From positions 7,059-71,058 of the forward strand of contig CACBBU010000002.1 in the NCBI GenBank assembly GCA_902537615.1: a stretch of 64,000 bases of DNA, read 5' to 3'. Origin of the DNA: an uncultured Alphaproteobacteria bacterium (GTDB taxonomy: Bacteria > Pseudomonadota > Alphaproteobacteria > Methylaequorales > Methylaequoraceae). How positions within the stretch are numbered: position 1 is the first letter of the stretch; each line of letters opens with the position of its first letter. Below the pieces are notes generated by a model. That model searched no databases. It saw only the letters and a list, made by a program, of their open reading frames with translations, and was not told the origin of the DNA. Of this stretch, positions 1 through 6,939 are shown piece after piece. The position numbers were made by a program, and so were the translations under genes.

Positions 1-1171
1 AAAAGGTAAGACTAAATACGTGTGGTGCACATTTAGTCATGACCAGGTTGATTTTAATTTTAAAAACCCAGATGTACTTATCTATTTTATTGAGATTATG
101 AAGTTTTATTTAGACAAAAATGTAAAAGCGTTGAGATTAGATGCTGTAGCTTTTATATGGAAACAACTAGGTAGCAGTTGTATAAACCTTCCACAAACGC
201 ATGATATAATTAGATTATTAAGGTTAATTATAGATAACTTTTACTCTGATGTATTAATTATAACTGAGACAAATATTCCTAGTCATGAAAATCTTAGTTA
301 CTTCGGAAATAATAATGAGGCGCATTGTATTTACAACTTCTCCCTAGCACCACTTCTTATTCACGCAATAATTTCTGGAAATGGAAAATATTTAAAAAGA
401 TGGTCAAGAAGCATGCCACCAGCGCAGGAAAATAATTCATATTTAAACTTTTTGTCATCTCATGATGGGATTGGCCTAAGACCCTTGGAGGGAATTCTTC
501 CTGAAAAAGAACTTAAAAAATACATTAATTTTTTTAAAAAACAGGGAGCTTTATTTGGTTTAAGAAAAAATAAGAAAAAAGAATCAATATATGAAGTAAA
601 TATTACCCTACTGGACTCTTTTAAAGAGACTTATTTGGGCAGTGATTCATTTGGCATAAAAAGATTTATTTTAGCTCATACTATTTTGTTTTCAATGGAA
701 GGAATACCCGCTGTATACATTCAAAATTTAGTTGGCTCTAAAAACGACTATGCTAAAGTAAAAATAACTGGTTCTAACAGGTCAATTAATAGAAGGAACT
801 GGGAATTTGACATACTTGAAAAAAAATTAAAAAATAAAACATCAACAAGTCATAAGGTTTTTAATCTTTTAAAAGAAATTATTTTAGTAAGAAAAAAGCA
901 ACCAGCATTTCACCCGAATGCGACACAATTTACTTTACAATTAGATGACGATTTTTTTGGAATTTGGAGACAAAGCATTGATAGAAGTCAAAGTATTTTT
1001 TGTGTAAGTAACCTTACGAATTCCCAAAAAAAAATTTCTCTTCTCAATATTAATTTAATATCAACAAATGAATGGTTTGATATTATTTCAAAAAAAAAAA
1101 TAAAAAATATGAAAGGAAATATTATTTTAAAACCATATCAAACCTATTGGCTTACTAATAAGGTTGTTTAA
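1..1171 (+). CDS. GH13 sucrose-phosphorylase-family sugar phosphorylase (5' end off window)
   Basis: Frame stays open to the window edge (from nt 2: KGKTKYVWCTFSHDQVDFNF). GH13 catalytic signatures RLDAVAFIWK, ITETN and LSSHDGIGL match the sucrose/glucosylglycerate phosphorylase pattern. Confidence 0.75.
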   Translation, partial: KGKTKYVWCTFSHDQVDFNFKNPDVLIYFIEIMKFYLDKNVKALRLDAVAFIWKQLGSSCINLPQTHDIIRLLRLIIDNFYSDVLIITETNIPSHENLSYFGNNNEAHCIYNFSLAPLLIHAIISGNGKYLKRWSRSMPPAQENNSYLNFLSSHDGIGLRPLEGILPEKELKKYINFFKKQGALFGLRKNKKKESIYEVNITLLDSFKETYLGSDSFGIKRFILAHTILFSMEGIPAVYIQNLVGSKNDYAKVKITGSNRSINRRNWEFDILEKKLKNKTSTSHKVFNLLKEIILVRKKQPAFHPNATQFTLQLDDDFFGIWRQSIDRSQSIFCVSNLTNSQKKISLLNINLISTNEWFDIISKKKIKNMKGNIILKPYQTYWLTNKVV

Positions 1172-1784
1172 TTTTACAACTTACCATAGTTAAAATTTTT
1201 AGTAGATAAGCATTTAAGAAATGCCACAAAAAGTGAGTGCCAATGGAAAAGTGATTACAAATATGATTATCAATTGTTCTTAGGAAGATAGATAAATTAA
1301 AAAAAATAAAACCTAAAAACAATAACTGAAAAAATTCTGATTTTTTTATATATAACCAAATTGTATAAAGAGTTAAAAAAAAATAATTTGCAAAATAAAA
1401 TTCTGAGCCATTTAAAATTTCATAATTAAGTTTTGGTGTTGCGAATAAAAGTAAAATAAAAAATAGTAAAAATAAAAGGATATTATTTATATAGTTAATA
1501 CATATTACATCTCTATTAAAAAGAAAAATAAAGGATAAAGAAAATAAAAATATAGGAATTATATCTGAATATAATGTAATAAGGTTTGGCATTAAATGAA
1601 ACAAAAAGCTTCCAATGCCTATAAAGAAGATAAGGATTGGTTGAAGATAGTAAATTTTGTTACTTTGATTTTTTCTAAGTAATTTTATTAATGACAATGA
1701 AACGATTATAAAAAAAATATTAGAGATGGCATTTACTGGTTCATTAAATACTTGCTCATTTATTCTTTCACAATAGAAATCCAT
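1155..1784 (-). CDS. ceramidase-family (alkaline phytoceramidase-like) polytopic membrane protein
   Basis: 209 aa with about 6-7 predicted TM segments. N-terminus YCERINEQVFNEPVNAISNIFF resembles the yCE...EP.N..SN motif of Pfam Ceramidase-family bacterial homologues (recalled, not searched). Confidence 0.5.
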   Translation of the reverse strand: MDFYCERINEQVFNEPVNAISNIFFIIVSLSLIKLLRKNQSNKIYYLQPILIFFIGIGSFLFHLMPNLITLYSDIIPIFLFSLSFIFLFNRDVICINYINNILLFLLFFILLLFATPKLNYEILNGSEFYFANYFFLTLYTIWLYIKKSEFFQLLFLGFIFFNLSIFLRTIDNHICNHFSIGTHFLWHFLNAYLLKILTMVSCKIKQPY

Positions 1785-1794
1785 AACAAGCTCT

Positions 1795-2067
1795 TTAAGA
1801 TGATTCTTTTTTTAAAAGACTTTTTTTTTCAATTAAATTTTTTTTTTTAAAATATCCTCCATTTTTTCCATTTTTTCTTTTTATACTATTGCAAGAAGTT
1901 ATTTGTGAAAGAGAATTTTTGGGACATGTATTTGCTGATACTGAGTAGACTTGAATTTTCCAAATTTCTTTTTCAATAAATTTGTAAGCTACTGTTTTCC
2001 CTCTGAGAATTTTTTTTAGCTTATTCCAAACTCTTAATTGAAATTTGGTTGCTAATATTTTCATCAT
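1795..2067 (-). CDS. MGMT/Ogt C-terminal DNA-binding-domain protein with degenerate active site
   Basis: 90 aa that aligns by eye to the Ogt/Ada C-domain (TkFQlrVW..L..I..G....Y, ...NGknGGY, LLkkE). The PCHRV active-site motif reads SCNSI and the RAVG Arg is lost. Confidence 0.5.
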   Translation of the reverse strand: MMKILATKFQLRVWNKLKKILRGKTVAYKFIEKEIWKIQVYSVSANTCPKNSLSQITSCNSIKRKNGKNGGYFKKKNLIEKKSLLKKESS

Positions 2068-2106
2068 CTAACGATAACTCCCCAAATTCAAAAAATCTAT
2101 TTTTAA

Positions 2107-2727
2107 TTAAACCTTTTCTTTTAAGTATCGTTCATAATTTTCTAATCCTAAAACAAATTTTATTTTTTTTTCTGTTATTTTTAAAATTTCTTTTTCTGTT
2201 GATTCATATAATTCTTGACACCTGTTAGAAGTTTCCCTTGATATTACTTGATCAATAAAGTCATTCTCTAAGGCATTTTTTGCTCTTAGGATTGGTTCTA
2301 ACTTTGCTTTAGAACATTTAGTAAGAGTTTTATTTTTAAATCCCTCAATATCGTCAATTATTCTCATAAGTTGATTAAATGTTAATGTTTTTTTATCAAC
2401 ATAGATATTTTGGCCTTTCTCTTTATAAGATAGAGGTATTAAGTCTAACTCAGTTTTAATTAATTCGTTATATTCTGTGTTAAAAACTATAATGTGATAA
2501 AATTTGTCTTTAAAGTTATTTTTGACTTCTGAAATGTCTAATAGTTTTCTAATTCTATTATTTATGTTGAAACGAAATTTTTTTATTTCATGAAGATAAA
2601 AATTATCTTGATGAAAACTCTTCAAGGACTCTGAATAATCTTGAATCAAAAATTCAAGTAAATTTTTAGCCTGAATAGAATAATTTTCTTCTTTAATCAC
2701 CCTCCATCCCCAACATAAGTTTAGCAT
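2107..2727 (-). CDS. hypothetical protein (206 aa, Lys/Glu-rich, no signal peptide seen)
   Basis: Long ORF in an AT-rich background, on the same strand as and 39 bp upstream of the MGMT-like ORF. I recognise no family. Confidence 0.55.
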   Translation of the reverse strand: MLNLCWGWRVIKEENYSIQAKNLLEFLIQDYSESLKSFHQDNFYLHEIKKFRFNINNRIRKLLDISEVKNNFKDKFYHIIVFNTEYNELIKTELDLIPLSYKEKGQNIYVDKKTLTFNQLMRIIDDIEGFKNKTLTKCSKAKLEPILRAKNALENDFIDQVISRETSNRCQELYESTEKEILKITEKKIKFVLGLENYERYLKEKV

Positions 2728-2774
2728 AAATATGTTTAAGTATACATAGAAAATTTGTGAAAAAATTTAAGGAT

Positions 2775-2987
2775 TTATTTTAAATATTTATCAAGTTGTT
2801 TATTTATGATGGGTACAAAAATAAGAATACAAAGAAAAACTGTTGGCCAAGCAAAAAAAAATCTTTGTATAAAACTTGAAAAAAAATGATTATCGTTGTC
2901 GTTAAAATAAACTATAACTAATGAAACTGTGGTGCTTGTACAAAGTGACATAAAAAATGCAAAAATATATAATCTAAATCTTTTCAT
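2775..2987 (-). CDS. small two-TM membrane protein, DUF2798-like
   Basis: 70 aa with two hydrophobic helices. The pattern F..ms...s..vs.....n......F...w...f..aWp..f...l...P resembles DUF2798 (recalled). Confidence 0.45.
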   Translation of the reverse strand: MKRFRLYIFAFFMSLCTSTTVSLVIVYFNDNDNHFFSSFIQRFFFAWPTVFLCILIFVPIINKQLDKYLK

Positions 2988-3017
2988 AGGATGATTAAAA
3001 CAATCTAATTTTATTAA

Positions 3018-3458
3018 ATGTTCAAAATAATAAAACTTTTATTTTTAATTTTAGTGTTGGTTTTTGATAAAACTAGCGCAATTCATCATCACAAAAGAAT
3101 TTCAGAAAATTTTTTAATTGATACACCTTATTTATGGAATAATAGAATAATACTTTTTAATACTGGTTCCTATGAATATGAAAAAATTAAAGAGGATTTT
3201 TTAAAAAAAGAATGTCTGATAATTAATAGAAGATTAAAAATTTTTATAAAAAAAAATAACTTATTTATTGATATAAATGATAGCAAAAATAAGTTGTTTT
3301 TAGATGCCAAATTTAAATATAAGGTTACACTTATAGGTATTGACGGAGAAATAAAATATCAATCTAATGTTTTTGAGAGTTTTACAAAGTACTTTAATAT
3401 TATTGATAATATGCCAATTAGACAAACTGAGATAAAAGACGATTTAACTTGTAACTAG
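3018..3458 (+). CDS. secreted DUF4174-domain protein
   Basis: N-terminal signal peptide MFKIIKLLFLILVLVFDKTSA. LWNNRIILF ... LIGIDGEIKYQ ... IIDNMPIRQTE matches the DUF4174 consensus (R.lvvF ... LiGKDGgvK ... ID.MPmRq.E). Confidence 0.65.
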   Translation: MFKIIKLLFLILVLVFDKTSAIHHHKRISENFLIDTPYLWNNRIILFNTGSYEYEKIKEDFLKKECLIINRRLKIFIKKNNLFIDINDSKNKLFLDAKFKYKVTLIGIDGEIKYQSNVFESFTKYFNIIDNMPIRQTEIKDDLTCN

Positions 3459-4627
3459 TTAATTTTACTAATTAAATGTGGAATTTTAGATTTAAATTTG
3501 AAAAAACCAGAGGATGCATGTTCCCAGCACAATTTATCAAAATTATCGTAAATGAAGTTTAAGTTAACATTGTATTTTCTAAATTGAAGATTTAGGTAAT
3601 CAAGCTCGTAACCAATTGATGGATAAAATGCAAAAATTTCACTGAATTCTGATTTTTCAAAAAACTTAAAGAAATTTTCAAAGGTTGGAAAGTTCTTACA
3701 TTTAATCCCTTTATCTTTCAAAAAAATTAAATATTCATCCATTGAGTTTTTATTAAATTTTTTTGGAAGAGTAGAATATTCATAAACTTCATCATGATTT
3801 ATAAAGCAAATTAAATTTTCTTTCATTATTTCAATTGTTTCCTCTAAATATGATAAATTGTTTATATTAAGAAGAATTAAATTATTTTTTTTTGAAAATT
3901 TTTGAGTGTTATATTCTTTTTTTTCAAATACAAAATTTTTAAATTCTGGTAGTGTTATTTGTTTATTAAGGATGTTTTTTTGTGAATATCTTCCATCTGA
4001 AAATTTCTTTATATTATCTTCACTTGCAACGTAGCATTTTCCTTGTGTATGTAAGCCGGCAACCCATCTCCATGAGAGTGTGTTAGATGCAGGATCTCCA
4101 TCAATAAGATTTTTTAAAAAAAAATTGGCACCAAGCTCCCATGGTAATTGTAATGTATGAATCCAAATGCTTGCGAACCACATTCTTGAATGATTGTGGA
4201 GGTACCCATAATTTTTTAGTTCTTTGATCCAATCATCAAAACAGTTAATCCCAGTTTTTCCCTGAAGCGCCAAATAATAATTCTGTTTTTTTTCACCAGA
4301 AGAATACTCTGAGATTGAGGACTCAAGGTTTTTCTTATAATCCGCCCAAACCTTTGTTCTTCCTTCCAACCAACCTTTCCAGTAAACCCTCCAAAAAACT
4401 TCCTGAATAAATTTTTCAATTTTGTTCAGATCAAAGTGTTTAAGGCATTTGTTAATAACTTCTTTCTCGTGTAATATTCTTTTTCTAATATATGGTGACA
4501 GAAGGGATATGTTTGACCTATTCTTAGGACCGTAGTCATAGTTTCTTTTATACGAATATGAGAGAATTCCATCATTTATGAAATTTTCTAGTTTATCTAA
4601 GGATTGATTTCTAAGAGTTTCAGACAT
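3455..4627 (-). CDS. photolyase/cryptochrome-superfamily protein with N-terminal FAD/catalytic domain (NewPHL-like inverted topology)
   Basis: Residues ~30-210 align to the photolyase FAD-binding domain: LSPYIRKRIL, EVFWRVYW, GKTG, YLHNHSRMWFAS, LIDGDPASNTLSWRWVAG. No alpha/beta domain precedes it, and ~170 aa of other sequence follows. Confidence 0.7.
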   Translation of the reverse strand: MSETLRNQSLDKLENFINDGILSYSYKRNYDYGPKNRSNISLLSPYIRKRILHEKEVINKCLKHFDLNKIEKFIQEVFWRVYWKGWLEGRTKVWADYKKNLESSISEYSSGEKKQNYYLALQGKTGINCFDDWIKELKNYGYLHNHSRMWFASIWIHTLQLPWELGANFFLKNLIDGDPASNTLSWRWVAGLHTQGKCYVASEDNIKKFSDGRYSQKNILNKQITLPEFKNFVFEKKEYNTQKFSKKNNLILLNINNLSYLEETIEIMKENLICFINHDEVYEYSTLPKKFNKNSMDEYLIFLKDKGIKCKNFPTFENFFKFFEKSEFSEIFAFYPSIGYELDYLNLQFRKYNVNLNFIYDNFDKLCWEHASSGFFKFKSKIPHLISKIN

Positions 4628-4633
4628 TGAGTT

Positions 4634-4659
4634 TATGCAGAGACCGAAATCTCTGCATA
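4634..4659 (-). promoter_or_regulatory. perfect palindrome/hairpin TATGCAGAGA-CCGAAA-TCTCTGCATA
   Basis: 10-bp perfect stem with a 6-nt loop, relatively GC-rich for this DNA. It sits 3 nt after the small-ORF stop (4663) and 6 nt before the photolyase ATG (4627). No U-tract follows on the minus strand. Confidence 0.5.
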
Positions 4660-4662
4660 TAA

Positions 4663-4815
4663 TTAATTTGACTTTGTTTCTTTAGCATCATCAGATGAAG
4701 AGTCTTGATTGTCTTTAATTTCTTTATGCCCGCCACTGCAGTGGTTAGCACTCACATCAAAACTGCTAAGTGAAAAAAAGAGAGACAAAGATATTAGTGA
4801 TAAAAATTTAATCAT
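4663..4815 (-). CDS. small secreted peptide (50-52 aa) with HCSGGH motif; not in supplied ORF track
   Basis: Hand translation gives M(IM)IKFLSLISLSLFFSLSSFDVSA|NHCSGGHKEIKDNQDSSSDDAKETKSN*. GGAGA lies 6 nt upstream of the ATG at 4815, and an alternative ATG sits at 4821. It has a signal-peptide-like N-terminus and an acidic tail. Confidence 0.4.
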   Translation of the reverse strand: MIKFLSLISLSLFFSLSSFDVSANHCSGGHKEIKDNQDSSSDDAKETKSN

Positions 4816-4871
4816 AATCATTCTCCATATGTTTAATAATTCATTTAATGTAAATTATGCTTCAAATCAAG

Positions 4872-5039
4872 TCATTTAGAAGAGGCACTTTTATTTTCTT
4901 TAAACTGACTTTTTTTTAACTTTGTTAAAACATTACTTTTTTTAATTACAGCGCCAATCGCAGCTCCTGTAAAAAAGGCACCTGTGGTGAGTGCTCCAAC
5001 TACGAAAGCACCTTTAATTGCAAATGGTATAATTCTCAT
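4872..5039 (-). CDS. small single-TM glycine-zipper membrane protein (55 aa); not in supplied ORF track
   Basis: Hand translation gives MRIIPFAIKGAFVVGALTTGAFFTGAAIGAVIKKSNVLTKLKKSQFKENKSASSK*. An AAGGAAAG Shine-Dalgarno-like site lies ~6 nt upstream. GxxxG/A repeats are followed by a Lys-rich tail. Confidence 0.45.
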   Translation of the reverse strand: MRIIPFAIKGAFVVGALTTGAFFTGAAIGAVIKKSNVLTKLKKSQFKENKSASSK

Positions 5040-5103
5040 TTTTTCTTTCCTTCACTAGTTATTAATTTAAGATATATTATTTAAAAATAAAAGGAATTTT
5101 TTT

Positions 5104-5553
5104 ATGTTAAAAAGCTTTGAACTAAAGTGTTTAAAAAATAAATATAAGACTATAGTATGTAAGAAAGGTGAAGTGATTTTCCCACAAGGACAAATTGCAG
5201 ATGGGGCCTACATAGTTATTTCAGGTCTTATTCATCTTAAAAAAAAACATAAAGAAGAAAATATAATTGAGCATATTGGGAATATCGGTCCGGGAGATAG
5301 TTTCGGTGCATGGTACGTTTTATTTGAATCTAAATTAAGATTATTCTCAGCTCAAGCAACCGAAGACTCCGAATTAGTTTTTATTCCTAATAACATTTTA
5401 CAGGAAAAATTAAAAAGCTGTGATCCATTTATTATATATTGTTTTAGAAAATGGATTGATTTGATAAAACAAAAAAAAGTTCCACTGAAAGAAAAAATAG
5501 TTGATCAAAAAAGCAGAAATAATGATCCAGATTTTTCTGAGTATGTGAGTTAA
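5104..5553 (+). CDS. stand-alone cyclic-nucleotide-binding (CAP effector) domain protein
   Basis: 149 aa. GEVIFPQGQIADGAYIVISGLI ... GPGDSFG ... RLFSAQA fits the cNMP-binding beta-barrel pattern, and no HTH or other output domain is present. AAAGGAA lies upstream. Confidence 0.7.
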   Translation: MLKSFELKCLKNKYKTIVCKKGEVIFPQGQIADGAYIVISGLIHLKKKHKEENIIEHIGNIGPGDSFGAWYVLFESKLRLFSAQATEDSELVFIPNNILQEKLKSCDPFIIYCFRKWIDLIKQKKVPLKEKIVDQKSRNNDPDFSEYVS

Positions 5554-5554
5554 A

Positions 5555-6187
5555 TTGATAGATAATATTTTCTTTAAATTAATTAATAAAAATCTTGTTA
5601 AAGTTTATCAATCTACTGTAGAAAAATTTGGTTACAGCGCTATGGGGTTACACTGGAGTTCAAAGTCATCTCAAGAAAAAAGATTTTTCATAATAAGTGA
5701 ATTAATGAAAAAGTATATTTGTAATAATAATGCTAAAATTGCAGACTTGGGATGTGGCTTTGGCGATCTTTATGTTTTTTTGAGAAAAAGAAACTATAAT
5801 TATGTTTATAGAGGATATGACATTAATCCTAAAATGATTGAATACTGTAAAAGAAAATTCAAATCAAATTTATTTTATATATCTGACGAACCTACTGAAG
5901 GATGTGATTTTACAATAATTTCTGGAACCTATAATTACGCAATTTATAATAGTATAAAGTTATGGGAAAGATATCTAATTCATAACCTTAAGAAGTGTTT
6001 TATGAAATCCTCAGGTGGCTTAATATTTAATTTACAGATGTCCTCTCAATCAAAGATAGTCAACAATATTTATTACGCTGGTTATGATTCATTTAAATTA
6101 ACTTTAAAACAAAACTTTAAAAATTTTTTTTACTATTCAAATGATAACACACCTAACGATGGTTACTTCATATTATTAAGAGATTGA
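5555..6187 (+). CDS. class I SAM-dependent methyltransferase
   Basis: Motif I is IADLGCGFGDL. A TTG start lies 1 nt after the preceding stop. 210 aa. Confidence 0.7.
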   Translation: MIDNIFFKLINKNLVKVYQSTVEKFGYSAMGLHWSSKSSQEKRFFIISELMKKYICNNNAKIADLGCGFGDLYVFLRKRNYNYVYRGYDINPKMIEYCKRKFKSNLFYISDEPTEGCDFTIISGTYNYAIYNSIKLWERYLIHNLKKCFMKSSGGLIFNLQMSSQSKIVNNIYYAGYDSFKLTLKQNFKNFFYYSNDNTPNDGYFILLRD

Positions 6188-6637
6188 AAAATTATTTTGT
6201 CTCCAGGCTTCAAAAATACAAATAGCCACTGCATTAGCTAAATTTATACTACGATTTTTAGGTGTCATTGGAATATAAATTCTGTTTGAATTATTGAATT
6301 TGTTAAATACGTCTTCGGATAACCCTGAAATTTCAGACCCAAAAATAAAACAATCTCCGATTTTATAGTTGACCTTTGCGTAGTTTATGTTTCCAAATTT
6401 AGTAACAAGGTGAATAATTTTGAAATCTGTTTTAATAAGAAATTCGTCAATATTTTTATAAGTTTTAATATCAACATTACTTATATAATCAAGTCCAGCC
6501 CTCCGCATTGATTTGATATCTACTGAGAATCCTAGAGGTTCTATTAAATGAATATTTGAGTTAGTGTTAGAGCAAAGTCTAATTATATTGCCAGTATTTG
6601 GAGGAATCTGTGGGTTAAATAATACAATATTAAACAT
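6176..6637 (-). CDS. trmL: tRNA (cytidine/uridine-2'-O)-methyltransferase TrmL (SpoU/TrmH family)
   Basis: 153 aa. IVLFNPQIPPNTGNIIRLC...IHLIEPLGF and the C-terminal NLANAVAI knot motif are typical of TrmL/YibK. Confidence 0.85.
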   Translation of the reverse strand: MFNIVLFNPQIPPNTGNIIRLCSNTNSNIHLIEPLGFSVDIKSMRRAGLDYISNVDIKTYKNIDEFLIKTDFKIIHLVTKFGNINYAKVNYKIGDCFIFGSEISGLSEDVFNKFNNSNRIYIPMTPKNRSINLANAVAICIFEAWRQNNFSIS

Positions 6638-6662
6638 TATATTATTTTTATATAAATAAAAT

Positions 6663-6848
6663 TTAAACTAAAATATTTTTTAAAGTTTTTTTATAGTTTT
6701 TTTCCGAATCAAACCATTGGGTTAAATTTCCACCTGAAAATCCTGTCATTTTTATATCAATGAACCATTCTTTCACATCAATGTCCCATCCGTAAAAAAC
6801 ATCAAGTTGAACACTTCCTTTGTTCACGCTTTTAAAAAATCTTGCCAT
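6663..6848 (-). CDS. hypothetical small protein (61 aa)
   Basis: ORF lies between bioB and trmL on the same strand. There is no recognisable family and no obvious SD. Confidence 0.35.
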   Translation of the reverse strand: MARFFKSVNKGSVQLDVFYGWDIDVKEWFIDIKMTGFSGGNLTQWFDSEKNYKKTLKNILV

Positions 6849-6939
6849 TATGGTTTATATTATTACTATTTTATTAACTGCAATATTTATTTTGCAATTA
6901 TCAGACCAAAAATTTTTGAATTTGTTTTATAGATTTATT

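Noticed and set aside
4733-4744. 12-bp perfect palindrome CCACTGCAGTGG as an independent regulatory site
   Set aside because: It has no loop, so it is not a stable hairpin, and it lies inside the small-ORF coding frame (HCSGG). I mention it only as context for that ORF.
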